Shown here piece after piece: positions 11,950-26,420 of a DNA stretch of 64,000 bases; positions within the stretch are counted from its first letter, which is position 1, and every line of letters starts with the position of its first letter. The notes below the pieces were generated by a model. It had not been told where the DNA came from and did no database searches. It saw only the letters and a list, made by a program, of their open reading frames with translations. This DNA comes from Malacoraja senta (lineage: Eukaryota), in NCBI GenBank assembly GCA_038087875.1, contig CM075989.1, forward strand, positions 9,302,001-9,366,000. The letters are read 5' to 3'. The translations under genes were made by a program, and so were the position numbers.

Positions 11950-13480
11950 AGGGGTTTATTGCCACGCCATTTCCATACATGGTACAATCCTGTGTGACAA
12001 TCTTGTGCTGGAGGATTCCGTACAGTACATTTAACATTAAATTATCAAGTGCATGCATTAAATTATAAAGTGAACACTAAATTATAGACGGAGTCCAGTT
12101 CAGGTGAGTTTCAGGGCTGGTTGGTTCAGCAGCCTGATTGCCTGCGGGAAAAAGCTGTTAGAGTGTCTGGCGTTACGGGAGCTGATGCTCCGGTACCTTC
12201 TGCCTCAGGGCAGCAGGCAGAATAGACCATGGTCTGGGTGGCTGGGGTCTTTAATGATCCTCCGGGCTTTTCATATGCACTGCCTGGAGTAGATGTCCTG
12301 GAGGGAGGGCAGCTCGCACCCGGTGATGCGCTGGGCTGTCCGCAACACTCTCTACAGGGCCCTTTGGGCGTGGCTGGTGCAGCTGCTGTGCCAGGTGGAG
12401 GTACAGCCTGTCGGGATGCTCTCCACGGTGTCTCTGTAGAAATCCCTGGGGTTCAGGCCGAATTTCTTCAGTCGCCTGAGGTTGTAGAGGTGCTGTTACG
12501 CCTTTTTTGTGATGGTGGAAATGTGGGTGGTCCAGGTCAGGTCCTCTATCATGTGGACACCGAGGAACTTCAAGCTCTTCACCCTCTCCACCGCTACACC
12601 GTTGATGTTGATGGGGAGGTGCGGCCCCGCCCCCACCTCCACCTCCAGTAGTGGACGATCACCTCCTTGGTCTTGTCGAAGTTGAGAGAGAGAGGTTGTT
12701 GGCCTGGCACCACCGTGTCAGGGTCACTACCCCCTCTCTGTAGGCCGACTCGGCCCCGTTGGTGATCAGACCCACGACTGTAGTGTCGTCCGCGAACTTG
12801 ACGATGGTGTTAGTGTCGTGTGGTAGTGGGTGTACAGGGAGCACATGAGGGGGCTGAGGACACTCCCTGAGGTGCGCCGATGGTGAGGGCTGTGGAAGTG
12901 TGGTCTCCGATCCTCACCACCTGGGGTCATCCCGTCAGGAAATCCAGGATCCAGGCCTGCGTTCAGCCCCAGGTCCAGGAGCTTGCCTATGAGCTTAGAG
13001 GGCACAATTGTGTTGAATGCTGAACTGTAGTCTATGAAAAGCATCCTAACATAAGTGTTCCTCTTGTCCAGGTGGGTGAGGGCAGTGTGAAGGGTGTGAG
13101 GCGCAGATTATGTCCTTGACTAGCTTCTCAAAGCATTTGCTTTTTCTTGCGTTTGAGGCAGCAGGAGTCTGTAGCAGGGTGATGCCATCCGGTTCGACAT
13201 CCGTGGGTGCCCGACCTAAAAAGGGCGCTTGCTCCGGGTTGGCTCCAAGCTGCGGCTCTACTGCTATCTCTGTTTGTTGTCGTTCACCTGACTGAGGTCA
13301 GTTGACAGGGCTCACCACGGGGAGGTCGATAACATGAGCCCCAAAACATTTGCTGATGATGGGTGTCAATGCCATGGATCGCCAGTCGTTGTGGGTGGTG
13401 GGTTTGTTGTGTTTGGGTATAGGGTTGATGGTGGAGGTTTTCAGAAAAGTGGGGACGGATCTTAAAGATATGATGTATGT
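11950..13480 (-). mobile_element. Rex1/Babar-type LINE RT fragments
   Basis: [49 protein letters not shown]. Confidence 0.85.
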
Positions 13481-13484
13481 TACG

Positions 13485-14810
13485 ATGGACAAATTCACAG
13501 GACCAGATGAGATCTATCCCAAGTATTATGAGGAGCAAGGGAGGAGATTGCTGGGGTTCTGATGAAAGATTTTTGCATCATATTTAGACATTGGCGAGGT
13601 ACTGGAAGACCGAATTGTTTCCGTATACAAGATTTATGGTAAGGATAAGCCAGGAAATTACAGACCACTGATCCATCTAGGATAAAATTGAGACTGGATT
13701 TATAATTACTTGGAAAGGCAGGAGCCGTTTAAGGGCAGTGTGAACGGCAAATGTTGACTCTTACATCCAAGATTCCTGAGGATATTGCTAAGTAAATTTA
13801 GAAAGACAAGGCAATAGATGTTGTATACCTGAAATTTATAAAGACTTTTAACAAGTCCTGCACGGCTCCTCTAGATAGTTAGGGCACATGGGATCCATAA
13901 CTGGCTTGGCGATGGAAGGCAGACTTAACTGGAAATCTGTAGGTGGCGGTGTCCACATAGATCTTACGCTGGGGCCTTATTGTTTGTCATGTGTATATGT
14001 CAATGGCTTGGTTGAGAATGTTTGTTGACTGGTAAGTTTACTGATGATTTGAAGGTTGGTTGAGTTGTAGGTAATGATGATGGTTGCCTAGGAACATAAA
14101 TCAGCATGAAAGTGGGGCAGAGTGGTGTCAGATCAAATTTAATCCAAACAAGTATGAAGTAAAGCACTTTGTGTAGTCTAATGCTGGCTGGTCATGTACA
14201 GTAAATGGCAGGGACCTTTGCATTGATGTACAAATGGACATTGGGAAACAAATTCATAGCTTCTTGAAAAGAATCGCAAGTGGATATTGTAGTGAATGTG
14301 TTTAATGAAGAAACAAGAAGCTGCGGATGCTTGTTTGCTTATCTTCATCTGCACCGATTGAATATAAGAGTTGGGACTTTGGGTTGTATGCAGTTGTACA
14401 AAACATTGGTTCAGGCACAATTGGAATATTGAGTGCGATTCTAGTTACCAAACTACAGAAAGCATGCGGTAGCACTAGAAAGAAATTAATCAGAATGCCT
14501 GCAATGGAGTGCTTTTGTTACAAGGAGAGATTAAATAGGCTGACATTGTTATTGATATCTAGGAGGTTGAGGGATGATCTAAGAGGGTTATGAAATTATC
14601 AGGGGCATAGATAGTAGATTGTAACAATTTTTGTCCAAGGGTAGGGGTATCTAACATTAGAGGACGGGTTTGGGGAAAATATTTAAAGAAGATCTGAGGA
14701 ACAAATGTTTTACACAGGGTGCTGGAACAAACTGCTAGTGAAGGTGATGGAGGCATACAATTGCAATATTTAAAATACATTCGTTCGGGTACTTGGATAA
14801 GAAAGTAGTA
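13485..14810 (+). mobile_element. Decayed CR1 ORF2
   Basis: [11 protein letters not shown], ccaggaaattacagacca, gatgttgtatacctg...tttaataagacttt, YKERLNRL. Confidence 0.8.
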
Positions 14811-16129
14811 GAGTGATTTCATCAAAATGCACAACATTTAGCTACACAATTATCTAAGCACTTATACAGTTTGTGCTATGAGCAAACTATTTAAAGATTA
14901 ATTTCTTATTTAAAATCTAATCTATTCAAGTAGTGAAGGGAATACGAGTCACTGAAATTGTTACTTTCGATGCCTGGTTAATGTAGATGAACATTTGTGG
15001 AGTGGTATTGATTTATAAAAGCTGATTGTAGTCTTCAGAATTTGGGTAAATGTGTAGACCTAGAATATCAAACTCAATTTGAGTCAGCGCATCATAGAAA
15101 AAATATTGGAAGATGACTGGGAATAATAAGGCTGATCCCAAGTGTTAGGGAGGTGAACTACGAATAAAGATTAATGTCTAGTAAGGAAGTCCATGCCCTT
15201 TTTCTTTTGTCTATTATTGCAGGTTGAAAGAATTAATTTCATACTAATGAAGGTGGAGATTACTGGTGCTCCTCAGAAGGGAAACTGAGCAATATGGGTA
15301 AGCATAGATTCTATTGATGTGAAACAATTTCAAGTTTAGTTATAGCAGAAGAGAATGTGTAAGGGGAACTGATATTTCATGATAATCAGAAAAGTCGCAA
15401 AATGGAATCTGAAGCAAGTGAAAATGCTGGCAGTGAGATTATCAATCAGTTTTTGTAAGCAGGGTCAGTGCTGCAATTTTGGTGCAAGTTGCATTTAGTA
15501 TTCGGTATTGCAGACTTTGAGCACCTTGTTGCTGAATGTTTCAAATGTGCACATAGGGTTAGGATGCTAACCTGTCAACTTAGATGCACATGTTGCTTGA
15601 CACCAACAATCTGGTCCAAATATAAATGTACTAATTGGAGTAAAAGGCTAATTATATAACAATGCTGTAATATTTTAAAAAATCCTTTCAATCAGTTGTC
15701 TTCCTCTTGGTTTAAATTTTAGATTTTTGTGCTCAGAATGTTTGGCTCCTGTTTCAAAGGGTATAGTCTAAATATTTGCTAATCTGACAGAATGTTCATG
15801 CTTGCAACAGTTTAACTTTGCATTTTTGTTTACTGTAAATGCAGCAAATCTAGTATTTTTCCATTGCCTGTTATGCAGATGTATTTGAAGAACTCTCTCT
15901 CTCTATATATAGTTACATCAATGGAGTTACCAGCACTCAATGCCTTATTACGAAATGGGTTGTAATAACTTGTACTCAAGTTACCAGAACTTTCACTGTC
16001 TTATTACAAAATGGGTCCTCAAACTGTTATTTTGCTAAGTGATATCAGGAATGTGCAACCAGGCTATTATGTCTGCAGCGTTATGTAACTTCTCGTTATA
16101 AAATTACTTGCTCTATACCCATGACTGTC

Positions 16130-17190
16130 TACATTAGAACGCAGACAGTACAGCACTGGAACTGCCCCTTCGGCGCACAATGTTTGTGCCGAACATAATG
16201 CTAAATTGAACTGATCTAATCTGCCCATACATGATCCATATTCCTCTGTTCCTTGCACTTCCATATGCCTATCTAAAAGCTTCTTGAATGCAACTATCGT
16301 ATCTGCCTCCGCTGCCCTGCCCCCCCAACCCCCCCCCCCCCCTTACCCCCTCTCAATGTGTTCCAGGCCCCCACCACTTTTTAAGGGAACAACTTAACCT
16401 GCACATCTCAATTTAACATCCCCCCCCCCCCCTCACCATATAACTATGCCCTCTAGTTCTGGACATTTCCACCCTGGGAAAAAGATTAGGACTGTCTATC
16501 CTATCTTGGCTCCTGATTATTTTATATATTTCTATCAAGTCTCTCCTCAACCTCTGACGTTTCAGAGAAAATAATCTAAGTTTATCCAACCTCTCCCTGT
16601 AGCTGAAACCTAATCCAAGCAGCATTCCGGTAAACCACCTCTGCACCCTCTTCAAAGCCTCCACATCCTTCCTGTGATGGGGTGACCAGAACTACACGCA
16701 ATATTCCACATACACAAGTTCCAACTCCGCCAATTAAGTCATGTCATAAGGAATAGGAGTAGAATAAGGCCATTTGGCCCATCAAGTCTACTCTGCCATT
16801 CAATCATAGCTGATCTTTCTTTGCCTCTGAACCCCATTCTCCTGCCTTCTCCCCATAACCTCTGACATCTGAATCTATCTATCTCTGCCTTAAAAATATC
16901 CACTGTTGGCCTCCACAGCCTTCTGTAGTAAAGAATTCCACAGATTCGCGACCCTCTGACTAAAGAAATGTCTCCTCATCGCCTTCCTAAAAGAATGTCT
17001 TTAATTCTGAGGTTATGACCTCTAGTCCTAGACTCTCCCACCCACATCCACTATATTCAAGCCTTTCATTATTCTGTATGTTTCAATGAGGTCCCCCCCA
17101 TTTTACTAAACTCCAATGAGTACAGGTCTAGTGCTGACAAGTGCCCATCATAGGTTAACCTACTAATTCCTGGGATCATTCTTGTAAAGT
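16130..17190 (-). mobile_element. Two CR1 3' end fragments
   Basis: SYRERLDKLRLFSLKRQRLRRDLIEIYKII; two CR1 tails (~16135 and ~16745). Confidence 0.8.
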
Positions 17191-17209
17191 GACAGTGTTG
17201 AATGAGTAA

Positions 17210-18065
17210 TAATCAGCTGTTGAAGAGGAAGGATATTAACAATCTGATTGGTGCTCTAACAACAAACCTCCTCTCAATGGCAGCCACACCAAGGAGTTAA
17301 TTGTTGACTTTAGAATAGGGAAAATAGTGTATCCACAAACCTGTCTTCATTGACTGGTTGGTAGTGAAGAGATTCAACAACTTCAAGTTACTGGGCGTGC
17401 CTGTCTCTGAAGATCTGCCCTGGTCCCAGCATGTTGATGCAATCATAAAGCAAGCCCATCAACACCTCTACTTCCTCAGAAGATTGAGTAGTTTCAGAAG
17501 GTACACAAAAATGCTGGAGAAACTCAGCGGGTGCAGCAGCATCTATGGAGCGAAGGAAATAGGTAACGTTTCGGGCCGAAACCCTTCTTCAGACTTCTTC
17601 AGAATGTTGATGAGCTTCTATAGTAGAGAGTATTGACTGGCTGCATCATGGTCTGGTTCGTCAACTCACCGTTCAGGAACAAAAGAGGTTACATGACGCT
17701 GCCCAGTTGTCATGGGTATTGATGTCTCCACCATCAAAGGGATCTATGGGAGGCATTGCCAACAAAACAGCCAGCATCATCTCAGACCTATACCACGCTG
17801 GTTATGCTCTCATTTCACTCCTACCATCGGGAAGAAGGTACAGGAGTTGGAAAACTGAGATCACAGGGTTAAAAAACAGCTTCTTCCCAACACTATCAGG
17901 CTCTTGAACACTACACAACATAACCAATGAACTTGGTTGATCTAAAGATTTTTTTTTTGGCACTAGTTTTAATTAATTGATTTTGTATATTTATTTGTGT
18001 AAGAAATTCATTGTTCTATCATCAGCACATATGACAATTAAACACCCTTGATTCTCTTGAATCTT
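17210..18065 (+). mobile_element. Rex1-type LINE 3' part with a PLE terminal repeat inserted at ~17497-17600
   Basis: FKLLGVPVSEDLPWSQHVDAIIKQAHQHLYFLRRL; LPSGRRYRS; atatgacaattaaaca tail. Confidence 0.8.
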
Positions 18066-18245
18066 GGGTATGAATTTTTCCTTGTTTGGATCTGGTCTGT
18101 TTGGATATGTTGCCTGCACGTGTCCAGAAAATATACTGGTCACAACTAAGCACTGATTTAAGCATAGAAACAAGAAAGCAAGAGACTGCAGATGCTGGAA
18201 TCTGAGCAAAAAATAAAGTGCTAGAAGAACGATACGATAGGATAG

Positions 18246-19278
18246 ATTCCTGTAAAGACTATCCCCTACTCCCAATTCCTCCATCTATGCCGCATCTGCG
18301 CCCAGAATGATGTTTTCCTTACCAGATCATCAGAGATGTCCTCATTCTTTAGGAAACTGGGGTTCCTCTCTTCCATTATAGATGAGGTTCTCACTAGGGT
18401 TTCCTCGATATCCCGCAGCGCAGGTCTCGCTCCCCCCCCCCCCCCCATTCATAACAAGGACAGAGTCCCCCTTGTCCTCGACTTCCACCCCATCAGCCAT
18501 CGCACACAGCATATAATCCGCCAACATTTTCGCCACCTCCAACGGGATCTCACTACTGGCCACATCTTCCCATCTCAACCCCTTTCTGCTTTCCGCAGAG
18601 ACCATTCCCTCCGCAACTCCCTGGTCAACCTGTCCCTTCCCATCCAAACCACCCCCTCCCCAAGTACTTTCCCATGCAACTGCAGGAGATGCAACACCTG
18701 TCCCTTTATCTCCCCCCTCGACTCCATCCAAGGACACCGACAGTCTTTTCAGGTGAGTCAGAGGTTCACTTGCACCTCCTCCAACCTCGTCTACTTTATC
18801 CGCAGTTCCAAATGTCAACTCGTAATTCGGCGAGACCAAGCGCAGGCTCAGCGATCGTTTCACTGAACACCTCCGCTCACTGCGCCTTAACCTACATGAT
18901 CTCCCGGTTGCTCAGCACTAACTCCCCCTCCCATTCCCAATCTGTCCTTTCTGTCCTGGGCCTCCTCCATTGCCAGAGTGAGTAACCCTAACCCTAATGC
19001 AAATTGGAGGAAAAGCACCTCATATTTCGCTTAGGTATAAAATATGAAAGCGGTATGAACATTGACTTCTCTAACTTCAAATAGCGCTTGCTTTCCCTCT
19101 CTCTCTCCATCCCCTCTCTAACTAATCTTACTGTCTCCGACTATATTCTTATCTCTGTCCCGTCCACTCCCCTGACATCAATCTGAAGAAGGGTCTCGAC
19201 CTGAAACGTCACCCATTCCTTCTCTCCAGAGATGCTGCCTGTCCCGCTGAGTTACTCCAGCATTTTGTGTCTACCTTC
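18246..19278 (+). mobile_element. 5'-truncated Penelope-like element (RT thumb, Cys linker, GIY-YIG, terminal repeat)
   Basis: RVPLVLDFHP, FPCNCRRCNTCP, RFTCTSSNLVY; parallels 53430-54890; flanked by cgatacgatag on both sides. Confidence 0.88.
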
Positions 19279-20278
19279 GATACGATAGAACTTTATTTAT
19301 CCCCAGGGGGTAAATTGATCTGCCAACTGTCATAAAAACCCAAAATACATGAAACATGGAATTAAAGTGACGAGTAGGTTAATTGGCCTCCGTGTGGTTG
19401 GACTCCCTCCCCCTCCCCCTCCCCAGCTGGTCTAGCAGCATCTGTGGAGGAAAATGAAAGAGAATGTTACAGATTAGGACTCTTCATCAGATTGAGGTCC
19501 CCAGTCGATTTCGCTCCACTTTTCCCTGGAAAAACTGCCTACTGTAATGGCTGATTGTCTGGAAATAATTGGTTAATTTGTATTTTGACCTGGCTAATAA
19601 AGTTGTGATTGCTATTACAGATAACATTATGACACCAAAGAATTAAAAAAAACTATTAGAAAGTATTAAACATAAATAATGGACTGCTTTACTTTTTGTA
19701 AGAATACAGAATGAGAAACATTCATTATAGCAAGTAAACAGTGTACTGCATTAACTTTTAGTTATGGGTGAGTAATTTTAAGCTATCAATTTTACTTATT
19801 TTAGAAGTGTATATAGGACTTTTAAAACTATATTATTTTTGAAACATTTCCAGTTATATTACATTTTATCTCTTGTCCCTTTCAAAAGTCAGAAATATAA
19901 ACTAACAGTCGCAGCCACTTGCATATTGACCTGGCCATGCATCAAGCCTTACCGTTTGTCTTTGTAACTGGTCTGCACGAACGGAACTATTGTCAATGAT
20001 AGTCTTCCTTCTCTGATTTTCCATTCTGAACTCTTTAGATACCATATTCTGGTTACTATCATCAGACTGAACATAGTATTTCATATTGAATATTGAATTC
20101 ATTTTTCAGCATATTTACATTTTATTTCCATGACATCAGTAAATTTACAGACTTTTAAATATTTCTAATCTAATTTTAGTAATCTTTTATCTTTATAAAG
20201 CCAGGGAGCAATCTTAACAAAACTCCCCAGTTACTAATGCTACTACTAAGATGTAACAATGTTCATCATATGAAATAA

Positions 20279-20475
20279 AGGGCTTGTCCCACTTTCACGA
20301 CCTAATTCACGGCCTTATTTACTCGTGGACATTTTTCATCATGCTAGAAAAAACGCCACTTGGTGCCACGAGTACCTACGACCTACCTATGACCTCCTAC
20401 GACCTTGTGACGACCATGCTGCGAGTATGAGTCAAGGGTAAACTCGGCAGAGGTCGTGAAAGTGGGACAGGCCCT
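20279..20475. mobile_element. PIF/Harbinger-type MITE
   Basis: TIRs AGGGC(T/C)TGTCCCACTTTCACGACCT; TAA TSD at 20276-20278 and 20476-20478; internal acgacct repeats. Confidence 0.88.
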
Positions 20476-21444
20476 TAACACTCATTTATTGCCACTTTTC
20501 AATTTCACCAAGGTTTTATTTTCTTGTTGGTCATTCAGTTGATGGTTCATCAGTTGTTTTTAGAATGCAAAGTAGTTTGATATTTAACTTTCATTACCAA
20601 GTTAAAGTATATTATCAATAACAAACATGTCAAAGATTTCATTAAAAGTAAAGTCAGTTCTGTTTGTCTTCCTTCTTCCTTTCTTAGTTACTAGCTTGAA
20701 CTGTTCTGCCAGTAGTGACTACCTTCTATCTAGCATTTTGCCAGTGTTGACATGATGGTTAGTGAATATGACTGGGTTCTTTGGCCATTAGACAAACATA
20801 GTTGAGACCGCTTGTGCATTTACAACCATTATAGGATAACAAATCATTTGGGTGCCAGTTCTTGCTGATGTCAGCCATTTCAGTGAAAATTGGACCATTG
20901 AGATTGCTAAGATGATATTTCTCTTAGGCCACCACGGTTTTAGCAGACTGAACAACTTGTGGTGGTGTTGTAGAATCAATTTACCATGGTTAAACTGCAC
21001 CTTTACCATTGTAAGGAGGACAGATAAACAAACTCACTGATGTGTGTTTGGCCTTCTTCAGTTAAAAGCAAATAATACATTGAGCTGCTGTCAGCTAGGT
21101 TTCAGTTGTTTCTATTAGTGGGCCAAATTGTCGGTTGAGCTTCCAATTCAAAGACTTTATTACAACAGTCTGGACAGCTTATCACTGAGGGAGTGCTGCA
21201 GTGTTGAAGTTTGCTGTGTGTGAATCGGATGGGGCTCTTCCTTTCGAGCTGCAATTTAAAGTGTTTTATAGTGTGGAATACTTTAAAATCAAAAGTCGGG
21301 AAATTGTGTATTTTGGCGCTTAACTAAGTAATGTCTTTACCAACTAAGAATAGGTTTGGGTTTATTATTGTCACACGGAGGTATAGTGGAAAAACTATTT
21401 TGCATGCCATCCACACAGCGATTAATTCAAACTCGAGTACAATA

Positions 21445-22157
21445 ACCACCGACCGGGTGGCACCCGTAATGGCCACCTCGCCAGCAGTCTGTCTTGTGCT
21501 TTCTCTGTTTTTATTATTTTAAGTATGTCTTGAATGTTTTAATGTCTCTTGGTATGATTTATGTGGGGGGGATTGGGGGAAACTTGTTCCAGTCAATAAC
21601 CTCGACGAGATGCGATTTTTCTCTGTGTTGCATCTCCGTCGTCCCCCCGCGGCCTACAACGTGAAGTGGTGCGGCCTTCCCTGGGGACCAGCCCGGAGCT
21701 TCAAGCCGCGGGTGCGGCACGGACTTACCATCGCGGTGCCTGGGATCTTTTGCTGAGGATCGCCAGTGTTGGAGCTCCGACTGTGGGGCCTGTGGACTAA
21801 CGTCGTGAAGCAGCGGTCTTCGGTAAGAAGCGGACGACTTGGGAGCTCCAGGCCCGTGGAGTGTTCTAATCGGTCCCGACGCCGGAGTTTCGATCATCCC
21901 AATGAGAAAGCTTGAACATTGGACAGTCGGCAGCGGTTCAATGACCCGACCATGGGTGAACAAAGGAGGAAGATGACTGAACTTTATTGCCTTCCATCAC
22001 AGTGAGGAATGTTGATTCCACTGTGGTGGATGTTTATGTTAAACTTTATTTTATGTGTTGTGTATTTTTGCTTTTTTACTTAGTATGGCTGTATGGTAAC
22101 TCAAATTTCACTGTACCTTAATTGGTACATGTGACAATTAAATTGAATCTTGAATCT
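21445..22157 (+). mobile_element. Unclassified GC-rich non-autonomous retroelement inserted in a Rex1 3' UTR remnant
   Basis: CpG-rich body; ends ttcactgtaccttaattggtacatgtgacaattaaa followed by (ttgaatc)n. Confidence 0.5.
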
Positions 22158-23974
22158 AGATAGAGCAATGAGGAAGGTAGGGTGCAGAATATGGTTCTCA
22201 GCATCGTTTCTCAGACAAAGTCCAGTATTCTCATACATGAATTGATCAGTACCTTAACTTATAGAAGGACCATTCAAAGCCCAATAATGGAGGGGAAGAA
22301 GCTGATCCTAAGTCTGGTGTCGAGCTTCTGTACCTTTTTCTGACGGGAGAAGGAATGACCAGGGTGGGACAAGTCTTTGATTATGTTGCCTGCTTTTCCA
22401 AGGCAAAGTGAAGTGTAGATGGAGCCACTAGTGGGAAGTGTGATGGACTCGATTTCATGGAAGTTGATCCAGGTGGTCGATTTTTAAGTAAAAGGCAATG
22501 GGTGACTAAAGCCAGATTTCAAATTCCCATCCTGTATTTTCTTACATTCTGTGCAGCATCTGTTTTTAACCTGATTTCAGAAGCTACATATAGAACAATT
22601 TCCTGCTTATTCACAAATCAATTACTTGTACAATTAGGAAACGATTAACTTTTTGACCATCTTCATGTATAGCATTTTAATTAATATCGAGGCTGCAATT
22701 TGTGCTAAATGAAGAGTTCTGGCGCATTTTCAGATAGGGAAACAACTGTAATAGTCGACCCAAAAGAATTGCTAGGAGCATGCATTCTATCTTATACCAT
22801 GGTTACTGATTTCAAGGATGGTGTGTAAAATGTAAGTACCTCAGTTGATCTTTACCACTATGCGCTAGAGTAAGGAAAAACAACAGTTCAGATGTTTGTC
22901 AGCTATGTGTGGCGCTATTTACCTCAAACCCTGATGTAACATCTGCACCCATTATAAATGGCTTTTAACAGTTCAAACCGTAACTATTGCACTGGAACAA
23001 TGCATTATTTGGAGTGTACGAGAGGAAAGTAATCAACAGGTCTTTACTTCAGCTGCAGACAAAACCAGTCACTACTGTGTTGATTAATGTCTTCAATCGT
23101 TGAGGGTGTGGAAGAAGCGAGGAATAAATTAGAGCTGTGTAGAAGTAGACGCTTTTGCATTGAGTATAATAATATAACTAAAAGGGAGTGTTTGGGGGTG
23201 AGAATCTACATTGCCTGTTGAACCAGAGTGTTACTTTAAAGATATGGCATCAATCACAGAATAGTGAACACAGTGAATCGACTAGTGAATAGTGATCGAC
23301 TAGTTAATTCCTAGAAGCGTAGAATTGCTTTCAAGGTTTATAATTCAAGCTTGAATGTTCACTACTTTAGTGCCAACCAGTAGTGCATTCAGATTGTTAA
23401 ACCCATGAGTTATACAATTATTAATTAAGCAAAAATTAAAACTTGAACCTGGAACATGGTGACTATTATAAGCTTTAATGTTATCCCTTTAGGTCGAGTG
23501 GCAAATGCAATTTAATACCAAGAAATGTGATATGTTTTGACAACAAATGAAATGAGATTGTGTAGACTAAATGGCACAGATCTAAAGTATATGTAGCAAC
23601 ACAAAGATCTGGGTGCATAAATCTTTGGAAATGGCTGGTTGAGTAGATAGGATATCTGCATATGAGAATGTCAGATTCATAGAGGTATTGGGTACAAAAA
23701 CAAGACACTGATTCAGCCATAACTAGATATTGCATCTGGTCACCTGGCTCTCAGAAGGATTCAAGGATCCTAGAGAGAAAATATTTGTATGAATGGTTCA
23801 TTGGGTCAAGGATTTCAGCGAAAGATGAAGAGAAGATGAGATTGTTCCTCTTACAGTAAAGGACATTGAGAATAGATTTGATAGAGGTGTAGAATTTCAT
23901 GGTTAGTTTAGCAGGAGGTTTCAATGGATGGATGCTGTTCCCATTAGTGGAATGTTCAAGCGACGGGCACTGAT

Positions 23975-26420
23975 TTCATAGTCATAGAGTGAAACAGTGT
24001 GAAAACAGGCCCTTTGGCCCAACACGCCAACAGTGTCCCAGCTACACTAGTCCTACTTGTCTGCGCTTTGTCCATATCCCTCCAAACCTGTCCTATCCAT
24101 GTACCTGGCTGTTTCTTAAACGATGGGATAGTCCCAGCCTCAACTACCTCCTCTGGCAGCTTGTTCCATACGCCCACCACCCTTTGTGTGAAAAACGTAC
24201 CCCTCTGATTCCTATTAAATCTTTTCCCCTTCACCTTGAACCTATGTCCCCTGGTTCTTAATTCCCCTACTCTGTGCAAGACTCTGTGCATCTACCCGAT
24301 ATATTCCTCTCATGATTTTGTATACCTCTGTCATCCTCCTGTGATCCATGGAATAGAGACTCAACCCACTCAACCTCTCCCTATAAGCTCACACCCTCTA
24401 GTCCTGGCAACATCCCTCGTAAATCTTTTCTCAACCCTTTCAAGCTGACAATATCTTTTCTATAACATGGTGCCCAGAACTGAACACACTATTCTAAATG
24501 TGGTCTCACCAACGTCTTTAGAACTGCAACATGACTTCCCAACTTCTATACTCAATACGCTGACTGATGAAGGCCAAATTGCCAAAAGCCTTTTTGACCA
24601 CCTTATATACCTGTGATTCAACCTTCATGGAACCATGCACCTGTACTCCTAGATCCCTCTGCTCTACAGCACTACCCAGAGGCCTACCATTTACTGTCTC
24701 GGTCCTGCCCTTGTTCGACGTCCCAAAATGCAACACCTCGCATTTCTCTGTATTAAATCCCATCAACCATTCCTCCGCCCACCTGGCCAATCGATCCAGA
24801 TCCTGTTGCAATCGTTCACAACCATCTTCACGATCTGCAAAACCACTAACTTTTGTATCAAACAGTAACGGGCCCAGCACGGAACCCAGAGGCACACCAC
24901 TAGTCACATGCATCCAATCTGAGAAGCAACCTTCCACAATTACCCTCTGCTTCCTTCCATGGAGCCAATTTGCTATCCACTCAGCTAACTCTCCTTGGAT
25001 CCCATGCGATCTAACCTTCCAGAGCAGCCTACCATGCGGACCCTTGTCGAACGCCTTACTTAAGTCCATGTACACAACATCTACAGCTCTGCCCTCATCA
25101 ATCTTTTTGGTCACGTCTTCAAAAAAAATCAATCAGATTTGTGAGACACGACCTCCCACGTACAAAACCATGCTGACTATCTTTAATCAGCCCTTGCCCA
25201 TCCAAATGCCTGTATATCATGTCCCTCAGAATACTCTCCAGTAACTTACCAACTACAGATGTTAAGCTCACCGGCCTATAGTTCGGCTGGCCAATGCAAA
25301 GCTCCGAATGTCCTTTTGTGGTAAGCCGATGAAGAATTCCCCAAGTACCCCTGAGTCACCCTGGATCGCATCCTCACCTATCGTGAACACCTGAAGAGGG
25401 TGGCTGATAAACTGAAAGTCACAGGGACACTTAAGTCAACACCTTTGCAGTGGCTCCCTGTCCTCTCTCATATCGCCCCTCCCAGCATACACAGAAGGGA
25501 GAGGGTGTTGAAAGATTGGTGCACCATCGAGGCTAACCCTGACCTTCACCTAACCCCCACACTCATCCATGCTGACTTGAACAATCTGCCCAACATGCGC
25601 CTGAAGTCCTACAAATCCTTCTGGTCTTCAGTCAAATCCCTGGAAGACTTTGAGTCCAAGACTGAGTGGCGCAGAGCCTGGAAAGATGCAACACCAACAA
25701 CGGAGAGGTCATCACAGACCCACAGTGAAACCACCGGGATTTGACTTCCATCGCAAGCAATGGCTAACCCTGAACAGAATCCGCATCCTCCATGCAAGAA
25801 CAGCCCATCACCTGCATGTGGAGGATGACAGACAGCCCTGCCTGCGACTGTGGACATCCAGACCAGACCATCCCACACATCGTGAATGACTGTTCACTGA
25901 GGCTTTCCCCTGGTGGCATCAAAGCCATCCACCTAGTAACTGATGCTGTCCTGGCCTGGATGTCTAACCTGACGTACAACTTTAGGCTGTGCACGCCATA
26001 CGCAAGAAGTAGTTCCCAGCATTTTCTCTGCTGCTCTTCTTGAAAAGAGGTACAACATTTGCCACCCTCCAGTCTTCCGGCACCTCTCCTGTATTTAAGG
26101 ATGACTCGTAAATTTCAACCAGGGCTCCCGCAATTTCCTCTCCAATTTCCCACAATGTCCTCGGATATATCAGATCAGGACCTGGAGATTTGTCTACCTT
26201 CAAACACGCCAGTACCTTTAATACTTCTTCGACAGTAACCCTGACTGCTCTCAAGACACTTCCAGTGATTGCTCCAATTTCCTCCGTCCTACTGTCTTTC
26301 TCCTCGGTATATACAGAGAAGAAATACTCATTTAGGACCTTGCCTATCTCCTGCAGCTCCTCACAGAAGTGATTTTTCCTGAGAGGTTCCACTATCTCTC
26401 TAGTTACCCTTTCCCCCCTT
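23975..26420 (-). mobile_element. CR1 LINE ORF2 (RT), interrupted by a Vingi-type insertion
   Basis: VDVVYMDLSKAFDK, VTSGVPLGSVLGPLLF, KSPGPDLIYPRTLW, EVPEDWRVANVVPLFKK. Confidence 0.93.
25285..26009 (+). mobile_element. 5'-truncated Vingi/Ingi-type LINE
   Basis: STPLQWLPVLSHIAPP, PPGFDFHRKQWLTLNRIR, SPACDCGHPDQTIPHIVNDC; ends gccatacgcaagaag; TSD TAGTTC at 25279-25284 and 26010-26015 restores the CR1 sequence. Confidence 0.78.

Noticed and set aside
21130..21250. Possible ancient Deu-type SINE remnant (actgagggagtgctgca)
   Set aside because: Too short and degenerate to support by eye
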